A DNA stretch of 63,154 nucleotides, counting the filler, from Reclinomonas americana ATCC 50394 (lineage: Eukaryota), in assembly GCA_048213135.1 (NCBI GenBank). It is 7 parts of 5 records of this genome, joined end to end, with 100 filler letters (N's around TTAATTAATTAA, not from the genome) between each part and the next. Parts side by side here need not be neighbours in the genome. Positions count along the whole stretch, not along the records: positions 27,203 to 41,198 come from PS015496.1; 6 more parts are not named here. One strand, given 5' to 3'. Under the pieces are notes generated by a model. That model did no database searches, was not told the DNA's origin, and saw nothing but the letters and a program-made list of their open reading frames with translations. The position numbers and the translations under genes were made by a program. Shown here piece after piece: positions 27,357-39,500 of the stretch (its first letter is position 1; every line of letters begins with the position of its first letter).

Positions 27357-28483
27357 GGAGCTCGCATGGTTGCTCGCTCTTTGTTGTCTCCATATCGTCG
27401 CCTTTGCATGTCTGCATTTAAGTTCAAAACTACAGCTCAGTCGTTACTTCGTCACTCTCTCTGTTCTCGTCTCGTCTCTCTCTCTCTCTCTCTCTGTTCT
27501 CGTCTCGTCTCTCTCTCTCTCTCTCTCTCTTTGCTCTCTCTGTGTCCGTCTGTCTTGACTCTCTCCCTCGCATCCCTCAGGTGGCTCTGTTTCTCCGTCT
27601 TCTTCTTTCTGCTCGCTGTCACTTCCTCTCTCTTTCTCATTCGCTGTCACTTCCTCCTTCTCCTCCGCGTCCTCTTCTCCTCCTGCTCTCGCTCCGTCCT
27701 CTTCTGCTTCTCTCTCTCATTCTCTCTCTCTCACTCTCACTCTTTCCCCACGTGGCTGTGTTTCTCCGTCTTCTTCTCTTCTGCATCTGCTTCTCTCTTT
27801 CTTTCGCTGTCACTTCTTCATTCTCCTCTTCTCCTCCTCCTTCTCCTGCTTCGTCCACTCCGCCTTCTTCTCCTTCTCCGTCTCATTCACTCTCTTTCTC
27901 TATCTCTTTCTCTCTCTCTCTCTCTCTCAGTCTCTCTCTCATTCTCTCCCTCCTCCACCTCCTTCTCCCCCTCTCCCTACCTCTCCCTCCCCCTCCTCTC
28001 TCCCCTGCCTCTTCCCTCCCCCCTCAGCCCCCGACTAATGGTCGGCATTGCGGGCGCTCCGGGCTCCGGCAAGACCACCTCGGCTGGCGAGCTGTGCCGC
28101 CGTGTCAATGCCGCCGTCGGTGCAGAGGTGGCGGTGGTGGTGCCAATGGATGGCTTTCACTACACCAAGGTGTGAGTGAGTGCATTCTGCGCTGTGTGGC
28201 CGTGCTGATAAGTGACCCATCGTGCGCTGCAGGCCGAGTTGCGTGCCATGAGTGATCCAGTGGTGGCGTTTCGGAGGAGAGGGGCGGAGTGGACGTTTGA
28301 TGCTCCTGGTGCGTTGGGAGGCAAGGGAGTGTGGACGCAGTGTTTCATGTCTCTTACTGGTACTCTGCAGCCTTTCTACGCTGCTTGCAGCGCATTGTCG
28401 ACACTGGCGAGGCCGAGGTTCCATCGTTTGACCACAAAATTGGCGATCCCGCTCCTGCTGACATTCATGTACAGCCGAGGTTT

Positions 28484-28525
<42 letters not shown>

Positions 28526-28939
28526 CTCTCTACTCTACTACGTCTACTCGTACGTACTTACGNNNNNNNNNNNNNNNNNNNNNNNNNNNNNNNNNNNNNN
28601 NNNNNNNNNNNNNNNNNNNNNNNNNNNNNNNNNNNNNNNNNNNNNNNNNNNNNNNNNNNNNNNNNNNNNNNNNNNNNNNNNNNNNNNNNNNNNNNNNNNN
28701 NNNNNNNNNNNNNNNNNNNNNNNNNNNNNNNNNNNNNNNNNNNNNNNNNNNNNNNNNNNNNNNNNNNNNNNNNNNNNNNNNNNNNNNNNNNNNNNNNNNN
28801 NNNNNNNNNNNNNNNNNNNCGGACGGACCGGACGGTACCGTACGTACGTTTCGTTACCGTAACCTAAACTTAACGGTACGGTACGTACCCGTCCGTCCTC
28901 CGTCCGTCGACTACTTCTACTACGTACGTACGACGTACG

Positions 28940-28999
<60 letters not shown>

Positions 29000-29431
29000 T
29001 TCTCACACTAATGCAATGTCTCATTCCCTTAAAACATCGCCGCTCTCTCTGCTTTCTTTGCCCCTTGTCTCCCCTTTTCCTAATACCGACACACAGTCAC
29101 CGCCTCATACTGGTGGAGGGCAACTACGTGTTCCTCGACCAGCCGGTGTGGCGCGACATTGCTAGCCTGTTCCGCGTGCGCGTGTTTGTCGAGTGCGACG
29201 TGGAGGAGGCCATGGAACGGGTGTATCGGAGACATTTGGGAACTGGTGAGAGTGTTTTTTGATGTGTCCAGCGTTGCAGCGATGCTGACAATCGTATGCA
29301 CAGGGCTGAGTGCGGAGCAGGCGAGCGAGCGAATTGACACCAACGACAGACCGAATGCGCTGCTCATCGGCACGAGTGCGACGCAGGCGACGCACGTGCT
29401 CAGGAGTCGCGAGGATGAGAGGTGGAAGTGA
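26779..29431 (+). CDS. P-loop kinase of the phosphoribulokinase/uridine kinase superfamily (YggC/Yfh7-like), multi-exon
   Basis: Exon 1 MEEEYEALARVL (26779-26861) joins in phase 2 to PRLMVGIAGAPGSGKTT; then PMDGFHY, RRGAEWTFD, PSFDHKIGDP, LVEGNY, RIDTNDRPNA; stop at 29431. Confidence 0.9.
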
Positions 29432-30548
29432 ATGTTGCGAGGGTGAGTGAGTGAGGAGGGAGCGCTGGATAGCGATTGGCACGTTGTTTTGCGGGCACCC
29501 ACGGAGTTGTAATTACCGCTGCAACAAACGACTGTGCCAACCATTACCGCAGTGAGAGGAGCATCGCCGACAACCGGCATACTCTCCTTTGCTCAACCTC
29601 ATCTCCAGCGACGATGCGTTTGGTTAAGGGATGATCTTCGAGGTTTCAGTTGTTTTCATGCAACTTTGACGTTGGGATTCATGAACATATCTACGGCTTG
29701 TGTTGCAGCGCTCGGTACCCGCTGGCCTTTCCATCTTTTGCCTTCGACGTTTACGTCGAGAGGCAGGACACGCGACGTCGCAGTTCTTCTCACAAACTGT
29801 CTCACCAGAGCGCCACCGCCGCTGTGTTTGTGTGGGTGCGCGCGCGTGTGTGTTTGTGCACATGCTATGCAGCGATCTCCTTCGCGGGAGACGTTCGCAA
29901 GATGCGACAGGCGGCAGAGAAACACGCGCAAAGTGTATTGCTGGTGAGTTCACACTCCACACACACACACGATCGCTCTATCTCTCACAGTCTCTCTCAC
30001 TCACAAACGCACACTCCACACGCACACACAAACGCTCTTTTTCTCTCTCTCTCTCTCTCCCTCCAAGTGCGCTGTCCGTATTTTGTCTAACTTTTTCTCT
30101 CTTCGCTCTGCCTTTCTCCCCTCATCGATCTGCTTCACTCTTCGTCTTCCTTCCCACCTCTGTTGCACTCTCACGCACACTCTCCCTCACACACACGTGC
30201 ACGTTCTCTTTTTGACCAATCGTTCAGTCTCTCGCGTCCTCTGTGTGTCTCGCACACTAGCTGGTATTGTCGTACCAGTGGTTCACGCAGCTCACTCTCA
30301 CCCCCCCGCTTGTACAACCTGCTGCTTAATTCTCACTCGCCCACCTACTCACTTGTTTTTCGTCACCGTGTGTTCGAATTCTCACGTATCTGTCGCATGT
30401 CTCCCGCACGCCGTGTCTCACACACCCGCCCCGCTTCTTCCCACTCAATCTCGCTCGCTCACACAACCGCTCTCATTTGCCGCCTACTGCGACTTGTTGC
30501 AGCGCTGCACTCTCTCTCTGTCTGTTGTCTAATTTCTTGCACCGCGCG

Positions 30549-33500
30549 ATGGTTGATTTCTTCGCCTTCTCACCACGCCCTCCCTCGCTCACAGTGAGCA
30601 ACGTTGTGCGTGCACGCCGGCACCCACCATCGATCTTCGCCTCAGTGACGACAGTGGCTCTCGCAATATGCATATTCGCCGCTCTGGCCGACCTCGCCTC
30701 TGCTCAAACAACCCTGATCGGCTCTGGCGGCACGATCACCACAGTGGTCGTCGGCGCCTCCACCTACACTGTGCACACGTTCACCAGCACCAGCGGTGGA
30801 ACGCTGACAATTCCGACAGGCAGCATCACCCGTGAACACTTGGTGGTGGCCGGTGGCGGAAGTGGAGGTGGCGGAAGCAGCGGCAATATCGTCTTCGGCC
30901 GCGGTGGTGGAGGTGGCGGTGGCGTGCTTTCGGGCTCAAACACGGTGGTGGCTGGTTCGACCTACTCAATAACCGTCGGCGCCGGTGGTCTGGGACCTCC
31001 TGCCACGGCAAACGGGGCGAATGGCAGTAATTCGTCAATCGGCAGCCTGGTGACGGCTATCGGTGGTGGTGGAGGCGGTGGTGGATCTGCTGGAGCGCAA
31101 GTCGGCAACTCTGGTGGCAGCGGCGGTGGAAGCCCTGGCGGTACAAATACTGCTGGTGGCTCCGGAACAGCTGGTCAAGGTAACGACGGCGGTGCAGGAA
31201 ACAACACGTCACACACTGGAGGTGCGTTGTTGGTGTCACGAGGGTCAAGGTGGGTAGAGGTGGCAGGTAGCCTGTCGGGATGAGAGACTTATGACGTGCA
31301 TTCTCGCGCGTAACGTGTTAATCGTTTCATCTCTCACTTCCTCCCTCCCTCGCTCCTTCCCTCCCTCCTTCTCTCTCTCCCTTCTCTCCCACTCAATCCA
31401 CACAACAGGCGGCGGCGGTGGAGCTGGAGGCGTTGGTTCGAGTGCCTCTCTCACGTCAGGCGGCAACGGAGGCCCGGGTATCTCATCGTCCATTAGTGGC
31501 ACTGCGACATTTTATGGTGGCGGCGGTGGTGGTGGTGGGTACAACGTTTCGGGTGGCAATGGAGGCAGTGGTGGTGTCGGCGGTGGCGGTGCATCTCCAA
31601 ACGGGAAAGCCGCCGGCAGTCCGGGTACCGCCAATACTGGCGGAGGCGGCGGCGGCTCGGGTGGTAATCCAGTTAGTACACCAGCTGCTGCAGGTGGAAA
31701 TGGCGGTTCTGGCATTGTGATTGTGCGCTACCAAGCGCCAACGCTGGCGATTCAGACGCAGCCATCGACGAGGATCTCCACCGGCGTCGCCCTGGCGACA
31801 CAGCCGTCAGTGCAACTGCTGGACGCCACTGGCTTGCCAATCAGCGGCGTTGTTGTCACGGCGTCGATTCAGAGTGGTACTGGCACTCTGGGCGGAACCG
31901 TAACGGCCACGACGAATGCTTCGGGTGTTGCTACATTCTCGAATTTGGCCATCACCGGCACTGGATCGTTTACGCTGCTGTTTACGGTGCCCGGCTCCAC
32001 TCTCGGTCCGATGAGCACCACGATTGTCGTCACTCCTGCGCCGGCGTTCGCCAGCTTTTCGCCGACCACAATCGCATCCTCTAATGGAGTGTTGTTGACG
32101 GTCACTGGCACCGATTTGCAAGACGCATCGGGCGATTCTGCGGGTTACATCATCTCCAGCACGGCGTGCGCAACGCCGACTGCAGTTGGTACCGCGACTT
32201 CCGTAGCGTCCGTGAGTCCATTTACAAGTGTCGTGTTGACCATCAACGCGGCCACGGTGCCTTCCGGATCAACGTACAAAGTGTGTGCAAGATGGTACGT
32301 GCATTGCCTTATTTCTTTTTCACAAAGCAGCACTGTCAACTTACCTTTTGTTCTCCCAGGCCATCTTCTGCTGCGTACCAGGCTGTCGGTGTTGCGAGTC
32401 TGACAGTCGGTATGTGCCCAATCGATTCCTCTGCTTGGTTCCTCTTCTGAAGAGAAGAGCTGACTGTCGTGCAGTGAATACCATTCCCACCGCCCCCACT
32501 CTCTCCTCGTCCACCTACCCCCCGCCACTGGCCCTGAACGGCGTGATTGGCACGCTGGCATCGACGGACATCAACACGGGCCAGACACTGACGTTTTCCA
32601 TCACCGGCGGCCTCAATGCGTCGTCTTTCAACATCAGCGGCGCGAGCTTTCGTTCCAGCGTGGCGGGGCTGACAGGCAACATGTTGCAAGTGACAGTGCA
32701 AGTGAGTGACGGCGACGGAGGAGCAAACAGTACCACGTTTACTATTAGCGAAGGTGCGTAGCTGCAAAAGTCATTTGCGCCGATTCGCTTCTCACCACTT
32801 TTTTGCATGTGACAGCCAGTGTATTGCCCACGGCGCCGACACTTTCCTCGCTGACGTACACACCACCGCTGGCCCTCAATGGAGTGATCGGCAATTTGTC
32901 ATCGACAGATGCGAACACTGGCCAGACACTGACATACACGATTACGGGTGGCACCAACTCGGCGTCGTTCAACATCAGTGGCACGAGCTTGCGCTCGAAT
33001 GTGGCGGGACTGACAGGAAACCTGTTGCAAGTGACAGTGCAAGTGAGTGATGGAGCTGGCGGGACGGCCAGCACAACATTCACCATCAGCGAAGGTGTGG
33101 GAGAGTCTGATTTAATTTCAGTTTGTGACACCGTGATTTTCTCACTTCTGCTTCTTTATCGCGGCAGCCAACGTGCTACCCACTGCGCCGGCCCTGTCCG
33201 CGTCCACCTACATACCACCACTCGCGTTGAACGGCGTGATTGGCACGCTGTCGTCGACAGATCTAAACACCGGCCAGTCGTTGACATTCACTTTTGCGGG
33301 CGGTACGAACCTGGCCTCTTTCAATATCAGTGGCACGAGTCTGCGCTCGAATGTGGCTGGCCTGACTGGTAATGGACTGCAAGTAATCGTGCAAGTGAGC
33401 GACGGCGCCGGAGGAACAGCCAGCTCCACGTTTACGATCAGCGAAGGTGAGTTGTTTCTTGAAGTTAGCGAAGATTGCTCTGTGTGTCAACGTCTCATTG

Positions 33501-36500
33501 TTTATATTGTTGGACAGCTAATGTGCTGCCGACTGCACCGGCACTCTCTTCGTTGACGTACCCACCGCCACTGGCACTGAATGGAGTGATTGGCATACTG
33601 GCGTCGACGGATGTCAACACGGGTCAGACGCTCACCTTCACTATTACTGGCGGCACGAATCAAGCTTCGTTCAACATCAGCGGCACGAACTTGCGCTCCA
33701 GCGTGGCGGGTTTGACAGGCAACATGTTGCAAGTGACCGTGCAAGTGAGTGATGGAGCGGGCGGGACAGCCGCCACAACATTCACAATCAGCGAAGGTGT
33801 GTCGTCAGTGTGATGTGACCGATCCTTTTTGTGTTTCTGGTGTCTCATTCTCGTTTGTCTCTAGCCAACGTGCTGCCGACGGCGCCGTCTCTGTCTTCAT
33901 CGACGTACATTCCACCTTTGTCTCTGAACGGAATCATCGGCGCGTTGTCGTCGACCGATCCCAACACGGGCCAGACGCTTACCTACACCATCACGGGCGG
34001 CACGAATCAGGCCTCGTTCAATCTTAGCGGAACGAGTCTGCGCTCCAGTGTGGCAGGATTGACGGGCAATTTGCTACAAGTGACTGTGCAAGTGAGCGAT
34101 GGCGCTGGTGGAACAGCCAGCACGACGTTCTCGATCAGCGAAGGTGCTCTCCATCTGTCTCTTCGCACTAACGTTTCTGTTGGCTGACGCTGCTCGCGCT
34201 GCTTCACAGCAAACGTGACGCCGTCCGCGCCGACACTCACTTCATTGACATACACACCACCACTGGCCCTCACGGGAGTGATTGGCACGTTGTTGTCGAC
34301 GGATCCGAACACTGGCCAGACTCTGACATACACCATCATCGGCGGCACGAACCAGGCTTCTTTCAACATTAGTGGCACGAATCTGCGCTCCAATGTGGCG
34401 GGGCTGACGGGTAATATGCTGCAAGTGACGGTGCAAGTGAGTGACGGTGCCGGAGGAACGAATAGTACCACATTTAGCATTAGCGAAGGTGCGTCGCGAC
34501 TCGAAGTCAAGTTCCCCATTCTTGCTTCTCACCTGTGTTTGCACGTGGCAGCGAATGTGCTGCCCACCGCACCAACACTATCCTCGTCGACGTATACGCC
34601 ACCGCTGGCCCTGAATGGAGTGGTCGGCACGCTGGCGTCGACGGATCCGAACACGGGTCAGACGCTGACCTACACCATCACCGGCGGTACAAATCAGGCC
34701 TCGTTCAACATCAGTGGCACGAGCTTGCGCTCCAATGTGCCAGGACTGAGTGGCAATGGACTTCAAGTGACTGTGCAAGTGAGTGATGGAGCAGGAGGCA
34801 CGGCAAGCACGACGTTCACTGTTAGCGAAGGTGAGAGAGAGTCTTGTTCTTGTGGGTTCCATGAGTTTCTCACTCCTGCTTCTTCCTCCTGCCAGCCAAT
34901 GTGCTGCCCACTGCGCCGGCCCTTTCGGCGTCCACCTACATACCACCGCTGGCCCTGAACGGCGTGATTGGCACACTGTCCTCGACGGATCCAAACACTG
35001 GACAGACTCTCGCGTTCACCATTACGGGCGGCACGAACCAGGCCTCATTTAATATCAGCGGCACGAGCTTGCGCTCAAATGTGGCTGGCCTGACGGGGAA
35101 TATGCTGCAAGTGACTGTGCAAGTGAGCGACGGCGTCGGGGGAACAGCCAGCACGACATTTGCACTCAACGAAGGCGAGTCATGAAATTGCTTCGCGGAC
35201 CTTCTTGCGTCAGAGTGTCTCATTGGTTATATTGTGGACAGCCAATGTGCTGCCGACCGCACCAACACTCTCTTCGTTGACGTACCCGCCGCCGCTGGCG
35301 ATAAATGGAGTGATTGGCACTCTGGCGTCGGCGGATGTCAACACAGGACAGACGCTCACCTTCACTATTACTGGCGGCACGAATCAAGCTTCGTTCAACA
35401 TCAGCGACACGAATCTGCGCTCCAATGTGGCAGGATTGACGGGTAATGGATTGCAAGTGACTGTGCAAGTGAGTGACGGCGCTGGTGGAACGAACAGCAC
35501 CACGTTCACAGTAAGCGAAAGTGTGTCGCTGTTCTCGTGACTGTGTCTTCGTGTTATTTGGTCTCATTGATTGCTCTCTGACAGGCAATGTGCTGCCGAC
35601 GGCACCGACCCTGTCTGCATCGACTTACATTCCGCCTTTGGCTCTGAACGGCATCATCGGCGTATTGTCGTCGACCGATGCCAATACGGGTCAGTCGCTG
35701 ACGTTCACCATCACCGGTGGCACCAGTCAGGCTTCGTTCAATATCAGCGGCACGAGTTTGCGCTCCAGTGTGGCGGGGCTCATCGGAAATATGCTGCAAG
35801 TGACGGTGCAAGTGAGCGATGGCGCTGGTGGAACAGCGAGCACGACGTTCTCGATCAGCGAAGGTGCTCTCCATCTGTCTCTTCGCACTATCGTTTCTGT
35901 TGGCTGACGCTGCTCGCGTTGCGTCCCAGCGAATGTGCTGCCCACCGCTCCCACACTCTCCTCGTCTACATACCCGCCGCCGCTGGCGTTGAATGGCGTG
36001 ATTGGCACGCTCTCTTCCACAGATCCAAACACTGGTCAGACGCTCACTTTCACCATTATTGGCGGCACGAATCAGGCATCATTCAACATTAGCGGCACGA
36101 GTCTTCGCTCCAATGTGGCGGCGTTGACAGGCAACATGTTGCAGGTGACGGTGCAAGTAAGCGATGGTGCTGGAGGAATGAATAGTACCACGTTTACCAT
36201 CAGCGAAGGTGAGTCGCGGTTCGAAGTCACGTTTCCCATTCTTGCATCTCACCTATTTTCTGCATGGTGGCAGCCAACGTGCTGCCCACCGCACCAACAC
36301 TCTCCTTGTTGACGTATACGCCGCCGCTGGCCCTCAATGGAGTGATTGGCACGCTGGCGTCGACAGATGCGAACACAGGCCAAACCCTCACATACACCAT
36401 CACTGGCGGCACGAATCAGGCCTCCTTCAATATCAGTGGCTCGAGTTTGCGGTCGAGCGTGGCTGGCCTTGCCGGTAACAATCTACAAGTGACTGTGCAA

Positions 36501-39500
36501 GTGAGTGATGGAGCAGGTGGTACGGCAAGCGCCACATTCGCCGTTAGCGAAGGTGAGAGGGAGTCTTGTACTCTTGAGCTGCGTGTTTGATGAGTTTCAA
36601 ACTCACTCCTGCTTCTTCATCCCGCCAGCCAATGTGGTACCCACTGCGCCGACTCTCTCCACGTCCACCTACATACCGCCGCTTGCGCTGAATGGCGTGA
36701 TTGGCACACTGTCCTCGACGGATCCAAACACTGGCCAGACGCTCATGTTCACCATCATTGGCGGCACGAACCAGACCTCGTTCACCATCAGTGGCACAAG
36801 TTTGCTGTCGAATGTTGCTGGCCTGACGGGAAATGGGCTGCAGGTGACTGTACGAGTGAGCGATGGAGCTGGTGGAACTGCGAGCACGACGTTTACTCTC
36901 AACGAAGGTGAGAAGGCTTCCACACTTTTGCCATAGATCTTGTCGTTCTGTTAACATTGTGTTCCACCTTTTCACCAGCAAACGTGATGCCAACTGCGCC
37001 AACACTCTCCACGTCTGCCTACATTCCACCGCTGGCCTTGAACGGAGTGATTGCCACTTTGTCATCGGTGGATCCGAATACTGGCCAGATGCTCACCTTC
37101 ACCATCACGGGCGGCACGAATCAGACCTCCTTCAACATCAGCGGCACGAACTTGCGCTCCAATGTGGCGGGCTTGACTGGCAACGGGCTGCAAGTGACTG
37201 TGCAAGTGAGCGATGGAGCTGGCGGAACAAACAACAGTACATTCTTAATCAGCGAAGGTTTGAAATGCGTCAGCCTGTGCATGACTTCTATGTTTCTCAC
37301 TCTTCTCTATTTTGGCGTGCACTCGCAGCGAACGTCACACCCACGGCTCCGACTCTGTCATCCATGACGTACACGCCGCCGCTTGCTATGAATGGCGTGA
37401 TTGGCGCGCTGTCCTCGACGGATCCCAACACTGGACAAACCATGCTGTTCACCATTGTCGGCGGCACCGATGCGTCGTCATTCAACATCAGCGGCTCGAG
37501 TTTGCGGTCGAATGTGGCTGCGCTGACCGGAAACGGACTGCAAATCACCGTACAAGTGAGCGATGGTGCCGGCGGCGTGTCCAGCAGCATGTTCACCATC
37601 AGCGAAGGTGCGTATGTGTGTGACTGTCGTCCTTCTTGTGGAGCTTACTCACCTTTCTTGCAGCCAACGTCTTGCCCACTGCGCCGATCCTTTCCTCGAA
37701 CATCTATACGCCACCATTGGCTCTGAATGGAGTCATTGGCACACTGTCGTCGTCGGATCCCAACACTGGACAGACGTTGACATTTACAATCACTGGTGGC
37801 ACGAATCTTGCCTCATTCAACATCAGTGGCGCCAGTCTGCGATCGAATGTTAGCGGCCTCACAGGAAACGGACTTGTGGTGACTGTGCGCGTGATTGACG
37901 GGGCCGGTGGAGTGGCCAACACCACGTTCACAATCAGCGAAGGTGAGAGACTTTATTCGTCAACAGCATCTTGCGGCTGGATGACTCATGCATTCTGTTG
38001 CGTAGCAAACGTCAACCCTTCTGCGCCAACTCTGTCCTCCACCTTGTACGTGCCGCCGCTCGCCCTTAACGGCACGATTGGCACTCTGTCGTCGACCGAC
38101 GCCAACACGGGTCAGACCCTGACGTTCACTATTGCTGGCGGTACACACTCGACGCGCTTCAACATCAGCGGCACGACGCTGCGCTCGAATGTGACCGGCC
38201 TCGCTGGCAACAGCTTGCAGGTGGTGGTGCTGGTGAGTGATGGTGCTGGTGGATCGGTCAGCAGCACGTTTTCGATTTCCGAGAGTTGCGTGCATCACGA
38301 AAATGCTGTCGCGTACCTACCATGTGGCTGACAGCAGTGAGCAGGCAACGTGATACCGTCGGTGCCGACGTTGTCGACCAGCTTGTACACTCCACCGCTC
38401 GCCGTGAATGGCATCATTGGAGCGCTGTCTTCAAGCGATCCCAACACTGGCCAGACGCTTGTGTTCTCGATCGCGGGTGGCGCGAATCAGGCGTCTTTTG
38501 TCATTATCGGCTCGAATCTGTGCTCGAATGTGGCGGAGTTGACTGGTAATGGTCTGCAGGTGTCGGTGAGCGTCAGCGACGGTGCAGGCGGTGTCGCCAG
38601 TTCCATGTTCACCCTCAGTGAGGGTGAGTCTCATGGCGGGCTATTTCTCGAGAGCGCCGTTGCGCTCATCTCTGGTGTGTGTATGTGTGCAGTGAACGTG
38701 CTGCCGACGGCGCCTGTTCTGTCGAACAACCTGTTTGTGCCGCCGCTGCCGCTGAATGGCGTGATTGGCGCGCTATCATCTGTCGACCCAAACACGGGAC
38801 AGATGCTGGTGTTCAGCATCACCGGCGGCACCAATGCAGCGCTGTTCAACATCAGCGGCTCGTCGCTGCGGAGCAATGTGGTGGGCCTGACGGGCTACAA
38901 TCTGCAAGTGACGGCGCAAGTGAGCGATGGGGCGGGCGGTGCGGCGAGCGCAATGTTCTCCATTAGCGAAGGTACGATATTCAGAAAGTGATGATCGGTT
39001 TGTGCACGACTCCTAACGCGCCTCCCGTGTGTACAGGAAACGTGGCTCCGAGCAGCGTCAGTCTGTCGTCGTTGCTGTACGATCCGACGCAACTGCCTCT
39101 CGCACTGGTCGGCACACTCAGCTGTGCCGACGTGAACACGGCGCAGACGTGCTCCTTCGCGGTGCTCCCCACTGGCGACGGTTCTCTGTTTCGAGTGACG
39201 AACGGCAACCAGTTGTTTATCAGCAGCGCTACCGAGACGACCACACCACTAAGCGTCAGCATGCAGGCAACGGATAGTGGTACGCCACCGCTTTCGTTCA
39301 AGCAGCTGTTTACCATCAATGCTGGTGAGTCCGCAGACGACAGCGTGATGCTTCATATTCCGAAGAGTGCTCACTTTCTGTCTCTGCTCACCGCAGCCAA
39401 TCTCCCGCCTACGGGTCTCACGCTCTCTCCGACTGACTATCGTCCGCCGCTGGCCCTGAACTCCGTGGTTGGCACACTGTCGGCCACGGATGCCAACTGC

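Noticed and set aside
27020..28945. tacgtacg/gtacg/acgacg-rich stretches beside gaps (also near 45060-45100)
   Set aside because: Confined to contig ends and follows the TACG flow order, consistent with 454 pyrosequencing noise
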